NCBI GenBank assembly: GCA_964594905.1
Contig: CAZQOI010000006.1
Location: forward strand, 9,011-73,010
Origin: an uncultured Granulosicoccaceae bacterium
Lineage (GTDB): Bacteria; Pseudomonadota; Gammaproteobacteria; Granulosicoccales; Granulosicoccaceae
DNA: 64,000 nt
Direction of reading: 5' to 3'
Position numbers and translations under genes: made by a program. Below are positions 9,326 to 20,234 of this stretch, one piece after another (position 1 is the stretch's first letter; each line of letters opens with the position of its first letter). The notes beneath the pieces are model-generated. The model was not told the DNA's origin. It searched no databases and saw only the letters and a program-made list of their open reading frames with translations.

Positions 9326-11074
9326 TCAATCCTCGATTGATTCAACTGCCTTGATAACGTCGTCGGGCAGGTCGGCGACGAGTAAGGTATTGCCGTCAAG
9401 TGACTCCGCCATCTGGTGGAGTTCCTGACGCAAAACCCCATCGAGCAGACGGGCGCGTATATGCTGTTGCTGTTCCTGTTTCAACTCTCGCTTGCTGATA
9501 TCAAGATAACGCCCAAGGGCACTCTCGGTCAAAAGGCTGGTAACGGAGAGCATGGCTGGCGCGAGTATCAAGTCGCTAGGTGCAAGCCCGCCGGACTTTA
9601 CTGCAAGCGCAACGCCTGCCGCATCTGCGGTGACACGAGCTGCGCGTAAGGTATTTAACAAGCGTGGCTGATCTTGCAACTGTTCGTACAAGCGTTGGGC
9701 TGTGGCGTCTATTCGTGGTTCGAATTCCTTACGGGCCAAGACGCCCCTCTGCTGATAGTTGTTTTCAAGTGTTTCAGCTCCCTCGCTCAAGCGGCGCGAC
9801 AACAGTTGCCACCATTGTTGCTGAGCACCCAAGTCTTGGCTGTTCGCCATGGATTGACCTTTAAGCTCAGTCATGACTTCACTGAACATGACGTTAAGAA
9901 TTTCTTCTTCTTGATCCAGTGTTGTCTTGTCATTTTTTTCAAAGGCAGACGTAACAGCCGATTTTCCAAGGCCAAACAGTTTGCGCGCAGGCCAGGTTAC
10001 TACGCTCCGAGTACGCTTCAAGGTTGCAGCGAAGCCCGGTATCTCCAACAGAGACAGAAGCTCGACAAGTGCGCGATTGAAGGTTTCGTATTTGTCAGGG
10101 TTTTCGAGGTAGCCCTTAACATAGGTTTGCTCGGTTGCCTCGAGTGCTTCATCGATCATTGCGTGCCATAGGCGCTTCGCATCGAGTTCATTTTTAAGTG
10201 GTGTCAGCCAGGTCTTTTGATGACTTTCGATAAATTGATTGCAGGCGCTGATTTGCTTGTCTCGATTAATAGCCTGCACCGCATCGCCGACTGCACCTTT
10301 GAGTTCCTTGATGCTGGATTTTGGTAAGTTCTGCCAACCATCTTTCACGAAAGGAAGGTCAATGATCGGTGGGCATGCGCTCTTGAAGGTATCTCTGTAG
10401 CGATCAGTAAATGCTGAGATAACTGTCTGCCTGTCCCGCTCGTCAAGCTTGTTGATAACGATAATGATCGGACGACCAAGATCCTTTATCAGTTCGAGCA
10501 TATTCCAGACGCTTTTGTCACCATACTTGTCCTTGCTGAGCATTAGCACCAGGATGTCCGACAAGGCGATGGTGGCCAACACAGCGCTTTGGTACCCACG
10601 AGCATCTATTGAATCGAAATCAGGTGAGTCCCAGACAACGCATTGACGCACCAGGCTGTTTTTGCCAGAAGGCACTGCATCGAGGGAGTAGTAATGCAGG
10701 GATTCCGCAGTCAGATTAGCTTTTGCTTGACGGGTTAGTGGATTAAGCACTTGATCAACTGCTGTGTATTCGCTCTCAGGAATATCGTTGGCAAAGCCTT
10801 GAGCATGAACAGTAAACGCTGCCAGTGCGCTGATGCCCGCAACGTCTTTGTCGAGTAAGACGTTCACCAATGTACTTTTGCCAGCTTGTGTGGGGCCTAT
10901 GATGGTGATTTGCGAGCTGTGATCTTTGTGAGATTGATTAAGCTGTAGCTTGTCCAGAACCGCATCGGCCAGACGAAGCCCATTGAAATTGTCGACAATT
11001 TCCTGTGATGGATCCGTGTTGTGCTCAAGGACAGCACGATAGCGCGCCAGTAGCGGTGCGATCCATTCGTTCAT
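9326..11074 (-). CDS. Dynamin-like P-loop GTPase
   Basis: G1 GPTQAGKST, G3 DSPDFDS, G4 NKLD, long helical C-terminus; start MNEWIAP overlaps the ubiA stop (ATGA). Confidence 0.8.
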   Translation of the reverse strand: MNEWIAPLLARYRAVLEHNTDPSQEIVDNFNGLRLADAVLDKLQLNQSHKDHSSQITIIGPTQAGKSTLVNVLLDKDVAGISALAAFTVHAQGFANDIPESEYTAVDQVLNPLTRQAKANLTAESLHYYSLDAVPSGKNSLVRQCVVWDSPDFDSIDARGYQSAVLATIALSDILVLMLSKDKYGDKSVWNMLELIKDLGRPIIIVINKLDERDRQTVISAFTDRYRDTFKSACPPIIDLPFVKDGWQNLPKSSIKELKGAVGDAVQAINRDKQISACNQFIESHQKTWLTPLKNELDAKRLWHAMIDEALEATEQTYVKGYLENPDKYETFNRALVELLSLLEIPGFAATLKRTRSVVTWPARKLFGLGKSAVTSAFEKNDKTTLDQEEEILNVMFSEVMTELKGQSMANSQDLGAQQQWWQLLSRRLSEGAETLENNYQQRGVLARKEFEPRIDATAQRLYEQLQDQPRLLNTLRAARVTADAAGVALAVKSGGLAPSDLILAPAMLSVTSLLTESALGRYLDISKRELKQEQQQHIRARLLDGVLRQELHQMAESLDGNTLLVADLPDDVIKAVESIED

Positions 11075-11961
11075 GGCTTGACCTGATAGTCGATAACAAG
11101 GGCGCAGAACACCAGCATACCGAGGTAATGATTGTTCAAGAAGGCTTGCACACAACGTTTTGGATCCCGCTCTCTAGAGATCCATAACTGCCAGGCGATG
11201 AATCCCAACGATAAAAATAGACCGAGATAATAGATTGAGCCGCGGTCGGTTTGCAGGCCAAGCCAGATGTGCAGACCCAGTACGAGGAGTTGTAGTATTC
11301 CGACGATCAGAAGGTCGTAACGACCAAAAAAAATGGCGGTGGACTTGACGCCAATTTTCAGGTCGTCCTCTCGATCGGCCATTGCGTACAAGGTGTCGTA
11401 GGCGACTGCCCACAGGACAGCCGCAGTAAACAATACCCAGGCTTCCAACGGGATGGTGTTTTGAATCGCCGCGTAGGCCATCGGTGTGGCAATTGCGAAG
11501 GCAGCGCCTAGAATTATTTGTGGGAAGTGAGTCACACGCTTGCAGAATGGGTACACAGACGCCAGCATAACCGCCACGAACGACATCATAATTGTCAGTC
11601 GGTTCGTCATCAGCACTAGCAAGAAGGCCAAAAACATGAGTACAGCGCCAGCCCATAATGCATCGCTTGGGCGGAGTGCGCCGGTAGCGAGTGGTCGGTT
11701 TTTCGTCCGCTCCACATGGCCGTCGATATTGCGATCAGCGTAGTCGTTGATGGCGCAGCCAGCGGAGCGTGTCAGGACGGTGCCGAGGGTGAAAATAATC
11801 AGGATTCCGATTGGAGGAAAGCCGTCGGCTGCGAACCAGAGCGCCATTAACGTTGGCCATAGCAGCAGGTAAATACCGATCGGCCTATTGAGGCGCGTCA
11901 GCACAACAAAATCTGAAAGTCGGTTTTTCGTTAAAATCTCGTGCACAAGCGTTTGGCCCAC
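11071..11961 (-). CDS. ubiA: 4-hydroxybenzoate octaprenyltransferase
   Basis: RLNRPIGIYLLLWP, SAGCAINDYADRNID..VERTKNRPL, YDTLYAMADREDDLKIGVKSTA. Confidence 0.95.
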   Translation of the reverse strand: MGQTLVHEILTKNRLSDFVVLTRLNRPIGIYLLLWPTLMALWFAADGFPPIGILIIFTLGTVLTRSAGCAINDYADRNIDGHVERTKNRPLATGALRPSDALWAGAVLMFLAFLLVLMTNRLTIMMSFVAVMLASVYPFCKRVTHFPQIILGAAFAIATPMAYAAIQNTIPLEAWVLFTAAVLWAVAYDTLYAMADREDDLKIGVKSTAIFFGRYDLLIVGILQLLVLGLHIWLGLQTDRGSIYYLGLFLSLGFIAWQLWISRERDPKRCVQAFLNNHYLGMLVFCALVIDYQVKP

Positions 11962-12025
11962 CGGCGTGTTGCCACAGGTATAGTAGCCCGTTGTTGGGTT
12001 ACGTTTGCATTTCCAGGAACATTAA

Positions 12026-13381
12026 ATGAGCTCTGCGTACGAATATGACTTGATCGCCATCGGCGGTGGTAGCGGTGGCATTGCCACAGCTAACCGCGCT
12101 GGTAGCTATGGCGCGCGAGTTTTACTGATTGAAGCGTCCGACGAGATGGGTGGGACTTGCGTCAATCGTGGTTGTGTTCCGAAAAAAGTCATGTGGTATG
12201 CCGCTTCGGTACAGCATACGCTGCATGATGCATCGGGCTATGGCTTTGATGTGTCCGTAAATGGGTTCAATTGGTCCAAGTTGGTTGAAAAACGAGAAGC
12301 CTATATTCGCAACATTAACAAAGCGTACGACAAATACCTTGGTCAGAATAATGTTGAGCATATTACGGGTTTCGCGTCATTGCGTGATAAGCACACAGTT
12401 GTTGTAGGTGACAAGACCTTTACCACTGAGCGAGTCATTATAGCCACGGGTGGTGCACCCAATGTTCCCGATATTCCTGGTAAGGAATTGGCTGTAACGT
12501 CAGACGGCTTTTTCGAGATGACAGAGCAGCCAGGCAAAGTGCTGGTTCTTGGTGCTGGCTACATAGCCGTTGAACTTGCAGGAATGATGCAGGCACTGGG
12601 CTCTGATGTAACACTGGCGATTCGCCACGATAAATTTTTACGCGGTTTTGAAGAATTACTGCAGGACCGCCTTATGGAAGAGATGCGTGCAGAAGGTGTG
12701 TCAATTGAAACAGGATTCACAACCGCAGAGTTGCAGGGTAAACCTGGCAATATCGTTGCTGTTGGAGAAAATGGTGTAAAGCTTGAAGGTTTCGATGCCG
12801 TTGTGTTTGCCGTTGGCCGATCTCCTTCGACCAATGGGATTGGTCTGGATTCAGCAGGTGTTAAAACTGACAATCGTGGTTATATCCCGGTTGATAAATA
12901 TCAAGAAACTAATGTACCCGGTGTTTTCGCTATTGGCGATGTTACTGGGCAAGCCGAACTGACTCCCGTCGCAATCGCGGCTGGCAGACGACTGGCTGAC
13001 CGCCTGTACGACAACCAGGAAGGCCGTCACCTTAATTACGATTTGATTCCAACCGTTATTTTTAGTCATCCGCCGATGGCGACAGTCGGTTTAACAGAGG
13101 CTGAAGCCCGAGATGCTTATGGCGACGAGGTAAAAGTTTACCAAGCGTCGTTCACTGCGATGTATAACGCACTTACCGAGCACAAGCCAAAAACCGCTAT
13201 CAAGCTTGTCGTGATGGGCAAGGACGAACGAGTGATTGGTATTCATATGATTGGACTTGCAGTTGACGAGATTCTGCAGGGGTTTGCAGTTGCCATGCGC
13301 ATGGGTGCGACCAAAGCTGATTTCGACGACACCATAGCCATCCATCCAACCAGTTCAGAGGAGCTGGTAACGCTCCGCTAA
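12026..13381 (+). CDS. gor: Glutathione-disulfide reductase
   Basis: GGGSGG FAD motif, [13 protein letters not shown] redox disulfide, [14 protein letters not shown]-terminus. Confidence 0.96.
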   Translation: MSSAYEYDLIAIGGGSGGIATANRAGSYGARVLLIEASDEMGGTCVNRGCVPKKVMWYAASVQHTLHDASGYGFDVSVNGFNWSKLVEKREAYIRNINKAYDKYLGQNNVEHITGFASLRDKHTVVVGDKTFTTERVIIATGGAPNVPDIPGKELAVTSDGFFEMTEQPGKVLVLGAGYIAVELAGMMQALGSDVTLAIRHDKFLRGFEELLQDRLMEEMRAEGVSIETGFTTAELQGKPGNIVAVGENGVKLEGFDAVVFAVGRSPSTNGIGLDSAGVKTDNRGYIPVDKYQETNVPGVFAIGDVTGQAELTPVAIAAGRRLADRLYDNQEGRHLNYDLIPTVIFSHPPMATVGLTEAEARDAYGDEVKVYQASFTAMYNALTEHKPKTAIKLVVMGKDERVIGIHMIGLAVDEILQGFAVAMRMGATKADFDDTIAIHPTSSEELVTLR

Positions 13382-13402
13382 GTCTGTGCGCCTGGTTCGT
13401 TT

Positions 13403-13418
13403 TGTGATTCAAATCTCA
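13403..13418. promoter_or_regulatory. CRP/Vfr-like binding site upstream of minor pilin operon
   Basis: TGTGA-TTCAAA-TCTCA versus consensus TGTGA-N6-TCACA. Confidence 0.5.
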
Positions 13419-13565
13419 TTTGAGAATTGCTGTCCCTGAGCAGTGGATCACGCTGCGCTCACAACATTCCTAACGCTTATTTAACCGATACAGATCACGG
13501 CCGCTAAAGATTGCATTGGAACCTCTGCGAAACTGCGGTGGTGAGCACAGGCTGTAGGCAAGGGC

Positions 13566-14117
13566 GTGCGGATGATAGTCGTTGATACACAGGGAGTCCG
13601 GCAGGAAGGCTACTCTTTGTTGGAGTTGGTAATCGCGATTGGTATTGCGGGCATATTGCTCGCGCTTGCGATTCCGTCTTTTACATCGTTCGTCAGTGAT
13701 TCGAAGATTACCTCTGCAACTAACGACATGGTATTCGCGTTGCAGACGGCCCGTTCAGAATCTATCAAGCGAGCAGCCACGGTGGTTCTCTGTCCCAGTA
13801 CCAACCCGAGCGATGCGGATCCCTCCTGCGCTGGTGGTTATGGGGATGGTTGGATTGTCTTTGCAGACGTTGACTCGAACGGGGCCAGGGAAGCGGGCGA
13901 GCAAGTACTTTTACAAGTTGAAGCTCAGCCAAACGGATTTTCCTTTGTACCTGATGCAGCCTTTACCAATCGTGTGTTCTTTGGTGACACAGGATCAAGT
14001 ACCAACCCTGCGGGTGTTCCCTTATCAGGTCAAATAGAGATCACCTACGCAGGTGGCGCAGAGACACGTGAAGTTGTAATCGCCGCTAACGGTCGAATAA
14101 GCTCGAGGACTCCGTAA
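13566..14117 (+). CDS. fimU: Type IV minor pilin FimT/FimU (GspH-like)
   Basis: Prepilin site G|YSLLELVIAI, ARSESIKR..VVLCPS, GWIVFAD. Confidence 0.85.
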   Translation: MRMIVVDTQGVRQEGYSLLELVIAIGIAGILLALAIPSFTSFVSDSKITSATNDMVFALQTARSESIKRAATVVLCPSTNPSDADPSCAGGYGDGWIVFADVDSNGAREAGEQVLLQVEAQPNGFSFVPDAAFTNRVFFGDTGSSTNPAGVPLSGQIEITYAGGAETREVVIAANGRISSRTP

Positions 14118-14683
14118 TGGATCAGAAATTTCGCATCCGTAGGCGTCAACGTGGCGTAGGTATTATTGAGGCGCTTGTGGCACTGGTTGTCGTGTCATTG
14201 GGTGTACTTGGTATGGCTAATTTACAGTTGAAGGGAATCAAGCACAGCAGTAGCGGGTATAACCGCGCCAAGGCTCTGATGGTCGCTGAAAGTATTACTT
14301 CGCGAATGCGAGCTAACAGGACTGGTGTGCTTGCTGGGAACTACAACGGGTACAGCTTTACTTCTTCTGCAACTACATGCGCAGTCAAGCCAAACCCCTA
14401 CTGCCAAATTTCTGGAACAACGCCAGCTCAAAGCTGCTCTACCGCAGAACTTGCAACCTTCGACTTGTTCAGTGCCTCATGCGGTAATTGGGGATCGACA
14501 GCAAATGCCAGTGGTGGTGTGCAGGACTACTTGCCCGTCGGCAGTACAGTCAGCGTTAACTGTGATGACGCGAGCTGTACGCCAACATCAACCTACACGG
14601 TTGCTGTCACTTGGCCAGAGGGGCAAAACGCTTCCAGCGATGCAGGCTCTACGCGTCGTGTTCAAATCAGGCTCCGTCCATGA
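14117..14683 (+). CDS. pilV: Type IV pilus modification protein PilV
   Basis: G|VGIIEALVALVV..GVLGMA.LQ, RMRAN; coupled to the fimU stop. Confidence 0.88.
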   Translation: MDQKFRIRRRQRGVGIIEALVALVVVSLGVLGMANLQLKGIKHSSSGYNRAKALMVAESITSRMRANRTGVLAGNYNGYSFTSSATTCAVKPNPYCQISGTTPAQSCSTAELATFDLFSASCGNWGSTANASGGVQDYLPVGSTVSVNCDDASCTPTSTYTVAVTWPEGQNASSDAGSTRRVQIRLRP

Positions 14684-15369
14684 TGGATAAACGTCGACAA
14701 AGTGGTTTGTCACTGATCGAATTGATGATCGGTATGGTGTTGGGTCTTATCGTGATCGCAGCGGTTATAAACGTTTATTCAGGGTCCAGCCGATCCTCGA
14801 AATTTACGACTGGATTACAAACGATGCAAGAAAACGGGCGATATGGGATGTCTGTCCTGCAACGAGGTTTCAGGCTTGCTGGTTACTCGCCAACTAGTCA
14901 GATCGATACGATAGATCTTGCTAAAAGTTCGGATACAACCATCACGGTTACCACAACTAGTGCTTATGACTGCAATGGACAGTCAACAGCAACAACAGGT
15001 GGAATTGCTGAAAACACCTATGCACTGGATGGGGCTAATCAGCAATTGGTGTGTACTGGAAATGTATCACCAGTGGCTATGCCGGTTGTAGAGGGTGTTG
15101 AAGGGTTTCGGGTTTTGTATGGCGTAGATACCGATAACGATTCAGAAACTGAAGAGCCACAGCAATATGTGCCTTTCGGATCTGTCTCAGACGCTTCTGA
15201 AATTGCTGCGCTGCGATTCGCCTTGCTGGTCAACTCAGGAACAGCAATTCGCAGCCGGGTTCGTAACGAGACGCATGTGTTGCTGGATCAGGAAGTCAGT
15301 ACTAATGATCGGTTTGCGCGAGAAGTCTTCATGACAACTGTCAAACTGCGCAATCGTCGGAGCAACTAG
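14680..15369 (+). CDS. pilW: Type IV minor pilin PilW
   Basis: G|LSLIELMIGM, MQENGRY, RLAGY, VEG..VLYGVD, TVKLRN; ATGA overlap with pilV. Confidence 0.88.
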   Translation: MMDKRRQSGLSLIELMIGMVLGLIVIAAVINVYSGSSRSSKFTTGLQTMQENGRYGMSVLQRGFRLAGYSPTSQIDTIDLAKSSDTTITVTTTSAYDCNGQSTATTGGIAENTYALDGANQQLVCTGNVSPVAMPVVEGVEGFRVLYGVDTDNDSETEEPQQYVPFGSVSDASEIAALRFALLVNSGTAIRSRVRNETHVLLDQEVSTNDRFAREVFMTTVKLRNRRSN

Positions 15370-15372
15370 AAT

Positions 15373-15918
15373 ATGTTGACGACTATAAAAACAAAGCAAA
15401 AACAGGAAGGTGTTGCACTGGCTGTCAGTCTGGTGCTGCTTGTTGCTGTGACCATTCTTGGTGTCACAACGCTTTCGGGCACTCGCCTGAATGAGAAAAT
15501 TACCAGTAATGCGCAAAATAAAGCAATCGCGTTTGAGGTTGCTGAGTCTGCTATAGCGTCGGTGTGGTCGCAGGAGTATTTGATGGCGGCAGTAAAAAAT
15601 GCAAGCAATGCGACGAATGATCCTAGTCCGTTGCTTAGCCCAGATGCCGATACCGGATTAAATACTGACTTCGATTTAAGCACGACCAGCGGCTCAACAG
15701 ATTTTGAAGGGACCTTGACCGTCCAGTATTGTGGAGAAGGTACGCCGATCGCCACTGGTCTGAATGCTGATAAATCTAATCCTGGAAATGTGTTTGTTCT
15801 GATTGATGTCAACAGCGTAGCCACCATGAATGGCACCTCGGCAGAAGCCAATCATATTCAACGAGCTGCTATCTCTGCTCCAAGTACCGGTCGAACCGGC
15901 GCATGCGTTACTCGATAA
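15373..15918 (+). CDS. pilX: Type IV minor pilin PilX
   Basis: G|VALAVSLVLL lacking Glu5 (as in PilX), AFEVAESAI. Confidence 0.82.
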   Translation: MLTTIKTKQKQEGVALAVSLVLLVAVTILGVTTLSGTRLNEKITSNAQNKAIAFEVAESAIASVWSQEYLMAAVKNASNATNDPSPLLSPDADTGLNTDFDLSTTSGSTDFEGTLTVQYCGEGTPIATGLNADKSNPGNVFVLIDVNSVATMNGTSAEANHIQRAAISAPSTGRTGACVTR

Positions 15919-15931
15919 GGATTTGTAAACG

Positions 15932-16360
15932 ATGACTTACAGAAAAAATAAGAGCCGTGGTTTTACACTTATCGAGTTGATGATAGCGATTGTTATCGTT
16001 GGCATTCTGACCGCAATCGCAGTGCCTAATTTCACTGGCTATATGCGCGAAGCGCGAAGAACCGATGCGATTGTCATGTTGCTTGAAGTCGCAGGCGAGC
16101 AGGAGAAATTCTACTCAGAAAACAATGCCTACGCGGACAAGATGGGTGTTCTTGGGTATGGTGCTGCTACTGCCAATACCGTTGCATCACCCGATGGCCA
16201 CTATAATGTGACTGTTTCAGCGCAAACTGCAGGAACGTATACCTTAACTGCAGCGCCAGTTGCGAATGGTGCTCAGGACGGCGACGCCTGCGGTAGCTTT
16301 TCTATTACCAACACAGGCGGAAAATCCGTAAGTGGTACTGAAACAAAGTGCTGGGACTAA
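15932..16360 (+). CDS. pilE: Type IV pilin PilE/ComE-like
   Basis: G|FTLIELMIAIVIVGILTAIAVP, ARRTDA, YTLTAAP..Q..DACG...CW. Confidence 0.88.
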   Translation: MTYRKNKSRGFTLIELMIAIVIVGILTAIAVPNFTGYMREARRTDAIVMLLEVAGEQEKFYSENNAYADKMGVLGYGAATANTVASPDGHYNVTVSAQTAGTYTLTAAPVANGAQDGDACGSFSITNTGGKSVSGTETKCWD

Positions 16361-16386
16361 TCAAGTAGCGATTGCTTGCACGCTAA

Positions 16387-17979
16387 CTAAACGATTCCCT
16401 GACTTTCCAGATAGTCCTCGTAGTTACCACGATAATCTGTAATACCGGTATCCGATAATTCGATTACGCGGTTGGCCAATGAGCTGACAAATTCGCGATC
16501 GTGGCTGACAAAGATTACTGTGCCCGGATAAAGATCCATCGCCAGGTTCAATGATTCGATCGATTCCATATCAAGGTGGTTGGTTGGTTCATCAAGAATC
16601 ATGACGTTGGGTGATTGCAACATCAATTTGCCAAACAAGAGCCGGCCTTGTTCTCCACCTGATACAACATTAACCGGCTTGTTGATGTCATCTTTACCAA
16701 ACAGCAGCCTGCCGAGAATACCTCTTATTTCCTGTTCGTCGTTTTCTTCGCTACCCCACTGGCTCATCCATTCTATGATGGGTACAGGTTTGGAAAAATC
16801 CTCCGCGTGGTCCTGTGCGAAATAGCCAATTTTCGCGTTCTCGGCCCACTTTATGTTTCCGGATACTGGCTCCATGGCGCTGGCTAACAAACGAACAAAG
16901 GTTGTCTTGCCAATGCCGTTAGGGCCAATCACCGCAACCTTGTCACCTGCCTCAAGCATCAAATTCATGTTCTTGATGACTTCAAGATCATCATAGCCAT
17001 GATTGAGTTTTTCAATTTCTACCGCATTTCTGAATAGTTTCTTTTCCAGCTCAAAGCGGATGTACGGATTTACACGGCTGGATGGCTTCATCTTTTCGAT
17101 CGACAATTTGTCGATGCGTTTTTGCCGGGAAGTTGCTTGGCGGGCCTTCGACTTATTGGCCTTGAAGCGTTGTACGAAGGCTTGCAGTTCGGCGACTTGC
17201 GCTTTCTTTTTGGCATTATCGGCGTACTGTCGTTCACGCGCTTGTGTTGATGCGAGCATGAAGTCGTCGTAGTTGCCAGGGTAGATTTTTATCTCACCGT
17301 AGTCGAGATCTGCCATGTGCGTGCATACGCTATTCAGAAAGTGACGATCGTGCGAGATGATGATCATCGTACTGTTACGCTCATTGAGAACGCCTTCGAG
17401 CCAACGTATTGTGTTGATGTCGAGGTTGTTGGTTGGTTCGTCGAGCAGTAATAGATCAGGATCAGCGAACAAGGCTTGAGCCAGTAAAACCCTTAGTTTG
17501 TCACCAGGTGCGACTTCACTCATCTTTACGTTGTGCTGCTCAAGAGGAATATTGGCGCCTAGCAATAGTTCCCCAGCACGGGCTTCAGCAGAATAGCCGT
17601 CAAGTTCGGCGAATTGGACTTCAAGCTCAGCGACGCGCATGCCGTCCTCCTCACTCATCTCGGGCATGGCATAGATACGGTCACGCTCTTCTTTTATTGT
17701 CCAAAGCTCCTGATGACCCATGATGACGGTGTCGACAACCGTATATTCCTCGAAACCGAATTGATCCTGCTTCAGAGTTGCCATACGTATATCGGGTAAC
17801 AAAGTAACCGAACCCGAAGAGGCCTCCAGTTCATCGCCGAGAATTTTCATAAAGGTCGATTTGCCGCTGCCATTGGCACCGATCAGACCATAGCGATTAC
17901 CCTCGCCAAACTTTATGGAGACGTTTTCAAACAGTGGCTTGGCGCCGAACTGTATGGTGAGATTTGCTGTTGAGATCAC
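16387..17979 (-). CDS. ybiT: ABC-F family ATPase
   Basis: [42 protein letters not shown]; two ABC domains, no TM. Confidence 0.9.
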   Translation of the reverse strand: MISTANLTIQFGAKPLFENVSIKFGEGNRYGLIGANGSGKSTFMKILGDELEASSGSVTLLPDIRMATLKQDQFGFEEYTVVDTVIMGHQELWTIKEERDRIYAMPEMSEEDGMRVAELEVQFAELDGYSAEARAGELLLGANIPLEQHNVKMSEVAPGDKLRVLLAQALFADPDLLLLDEPTNNLDINTIRWLEGVLNERNSTMIIISHDRHFLNSVCTHMADLDYGEIKIYPGNYDDFMLASTQARERQYADNAKKKAQVAELQAFVQRFKANKSKARQATSRQKRIDKLSIEKMKPSSRVNPYIRFELEKKLFRNAVEIEKLNHGYDDLEVIKNMNLMLEAGDKVAVIGPNGIGKTTFVRLLASAMEPVSGNIKWAENAKIGYFAQDHAEDFSKPVPIIEWMSQWGSEENDEQEIRGILGRLLFGKDDINKPVNVVSGGEQGRLLFGKLMLQSPNVMILDEPTNHLDMESIESLNLAMDLYPGTVIFVSHDREFVSSLANRVIELSDTGITDYRGNYEDYLESQGIV

Positions 17980-18054
17980 GTGCGTTTAACTGCCAAGACA
18001 GACAAAGTCGGGCATTGTATCCTACCCACCCTACCGAAACCCCTATCCAACGAA

Positions 18055-18939
18055 ATGCCCGTGCGACAAGGTCTATTACCGGGAGTGTTGGGTATTGCAG
18101 CTTTCGCCTTCACCTTGCCATTCACCCGTATTGCGGTGCTTGAATCGAATCCGCTTGATGTGTTCGTTCTGCGCCTGCTTATCGCCTCATCGCTTGCGGG
18201 CCTGGTATTGCTGGTCACTCGGACGCCGTTCCCGGGCCGTGAGCTGTGGCCGCAACTTAGCTGTGTGTGTGTAGGAGTGGTGTTTGGCTTCCCCCTGTTC
18301 ACTTCACTGGCGATGGACAGCGAAGCGTCGGCACATGGTGGAGTTGTTCTGGGAATACTGCCGATAGCGACGGCCGTGATGGCCAGTATCATTAATCAGG
18401 AAAGGCCCTCAGCGGCCTTCTGGTTGGCTGCAATTGTTGGTTGCGTACTGGTTGTTACGTTCTCAGTCATTGGGGGCGCGGATGTCGGTGTTAGCAAAGG
18501 GGATATTTATCTGTTTCTTGCCATTGTGTTAGGCAGTGTTGGTTATGCTGCGGGTGGTGGTTTATCCCGTCTGTTACCACCTTGGCAGGTGATTAGTTGG
18601 GCACTTGCTGTCTGTTTTCCATTTGGGCTAATACTGCTGATAACAGTTGATTTCGACGGACTGATTAACAGCGACTCTGCGCCACAACTTGTTGGGTCAT
18701 TGTTATATCTTGGATTGATTAGCCAATACGGCGGATTTTTGCTTTGGTATCGAGCTTTGGCGCTGGATGGTGTTGCTCGTGCCAGTCAAATCCAGTTGGC
18801 TCAACCGTTTATTACACTTGCTGCGGCATGGTTTTTATTGGGTGAAACTATAGACCTCTTCACGGTCGTCTTTGCCGTGTTGATTTTGATGACAATTATT
18901 GTTTCAAGGCATACCGACATCGCGCAGAGTAATAAATGA
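18055..18939 (+). CDS. DMT/EamA family transporter
   Basis: About 10 TM helices, ASQIQLAQPF motif; start uncertain (ORF track begins at 17980). Confidence 0.85.
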   Translation: MPVRQGLLPGVLGIAAFAFTLPFTRIAVLESNPLDVFVLRLLIASSLAGLVLLVTRTPFPGRELWPQLSCVCVGVVFGFPLFTSLAMDSEASAHGGVVLGILPIATAVMASIINQERPSAAFWLAAIVGCVLVVTFSVIGGADVGVSKGDIYLFLAIVLGSVGYAAGGGLSRLLPPWQVISWALAVCFPFGLILLITVDFDGLINSDSAPQLVGSLLYLGLISQYGGFLLWYRALALDGVARASQIQLAQPFITLAAAWFLLGETIDLFTVVFAVLILMTIIVSRHTDIAQSNK

Positions 18940-19832
18940 TGCAAGGAACTGTTTATTACCTACTGGCCGTTCTGATCTGGGGCTCCACCTGGTTTGCGAT
19001 ACGTTTTCAGCTTGGGGTTGTCGATGAATCGGTGTCTTTGGTCTACCGATTTGGCTTGGCTGCGGTGTTGCTGGTTACCTGGTGTTTCTGTCGAGGCATT
19101 TCACTTCGCTTCAGCCTTCGCCAACATGTCGCGATGGCAGCACAGGGAGCTTGCCTGTTCAGCATCAACTACTTGTTGTTCTATTGGTGTACTGGGGTCA
19201 TTACGTCTGGTCTGGTGGCGGTTATTTTCTCCACCGTGATCGTCATGAATATTTTCAATAATGCTGTTTTTCTCAAGCGCCCAATTCAGCCTCTGGTATT
19301 ACTTGCGGCGCTGATTGGACTGGTTGGTATTGTCATGGTGTTCTGGGATGAGATCAGCAGTGTTCAAGGTGCCAGGCAGGATGACGTTCTTGGCGGTTTG
19401 GCTATTGGCTTGGTCGCGACTTACTTTGCATCACTCGGTAATATCCTTTCGGCGCGAAATCAGCGCGAAGGTCTGCCTGTCATACAAACCAATGCAATTG
19501 GCATGGCCTATGGTGCCTTTTTGATGACGCTCTATTCGTTGGCAAACGGCACTCCTTTCAATATGGACTGGTCGATGCCTTATTTGGTTTCGCTGTTGTA
19601 TTTGAGTGTGTTCGGATCAATCATCGCATTCGGTGCGTATCTGACCTTGGTGGGACGTATAGGTGCTGATCGTGCAGCTTATGCAACCGTCTTGTTTCCG
19701 ATTGTTGCTCTTGTTATCAGCAGTGTGTTCGAGGGCTTTCAGTGGACAACTCTATCTCTGTCAGGTGTAGCCTTGGTACTGGTTGGCAACGTTTTAGTTG
19801 TCGGACGAAAAACCTTGCTTCGACGCGTGTGA
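18936..19832 (+). CDS. DMT/EamA family transporter
   Basis: IWGSTWFAI, YLSVFGSIIAF..YLTLVGRIG; ATGA overlap with the previous gene. Confidence 0.9.
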   Translation: MMQGTVYYLLAVLIWGSTWFAIRFQLGVVDESVSLVYRFGLAAVLLVTWCFCRGISLRFSLRQHVAMAAQGACLFSINYLLFYWCTGVITSGLVAVIFSTVIVMNIFNNAVFLKRPIQPLVLLAALIGLVGIVMVFWDEISSVQGARQDDVLGGLAIGLVATYFASLGNILSARNQREGLPVIQTNAIGMAYGAFLMTLYSLANGTPFNMDWSMPYLVSLLYLSVFGSIIAFGAYLTLVGRIGADRAAYATVLFPIVALVISSVFEGFQWTTLSLSGVALVLVGNVLVVGRKTLLRRV

Positions 19833-19858
19833 TGCGACATGTATACAATTGAAAAATG

Positions 19859-19893
19859 TGCAGGCTGGGCGCAAATGCTACGCCCAACCTGCG
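19859..19893. terminator. Hairpin between convergent eamA and dodecin genes
   Basis: GCAGGCTGGGCG...CGCCCAACCTGC imperfect stem. Confidence 0.5.
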
Positions 19894-19899
19894 ATTTAT

Positions 19900-20103
19900 T
19901 TAGTCTTTCAAAATGAAAGAGACCTTCATCGTTACGCGGTACTCGGTTATCTTGCCATTATCAATCATGGCTTTTTGTTCTTTGATCCAAACGCTCTTGA
20001 CATCTTTGAGCGTCTTGTCGGCTCGCTTAACGCCTTGCTCTACTGCGTCGTCAAATCCTTTGGTTGAGGAGGCAATGATTTCCGTGACTTTTGCTACTGA
20101 CAT
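19900..20103 (-). CDS. Dodecin (flavin-binding)
   Basis: 67 aa MSVAKVTEIIASSTKGFDDAVEQGVKRADKTL...EYRVTMKVSFIL; AAGGA SD. Confidence 0.9.
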   Translation of the reverse strand: MSVAKVTEIIASSTKGFDDAVEQGVKRADKTLKDVKSVWIKEQKAMIDNGKITEYRVTMKVSFILKD

Positions 20104-20234
20104 CGAATTTTCCTTTTTTGTAGTGGTAAGGTTCAGAGTTTGTAACTCTGATTTAATTGTACCGTATACCGGCAACCGCTCTGACAATTAGTCCTAGCAA
20201 ATAGTTCTGACCAATCCATATAGGTGCAAAACCC

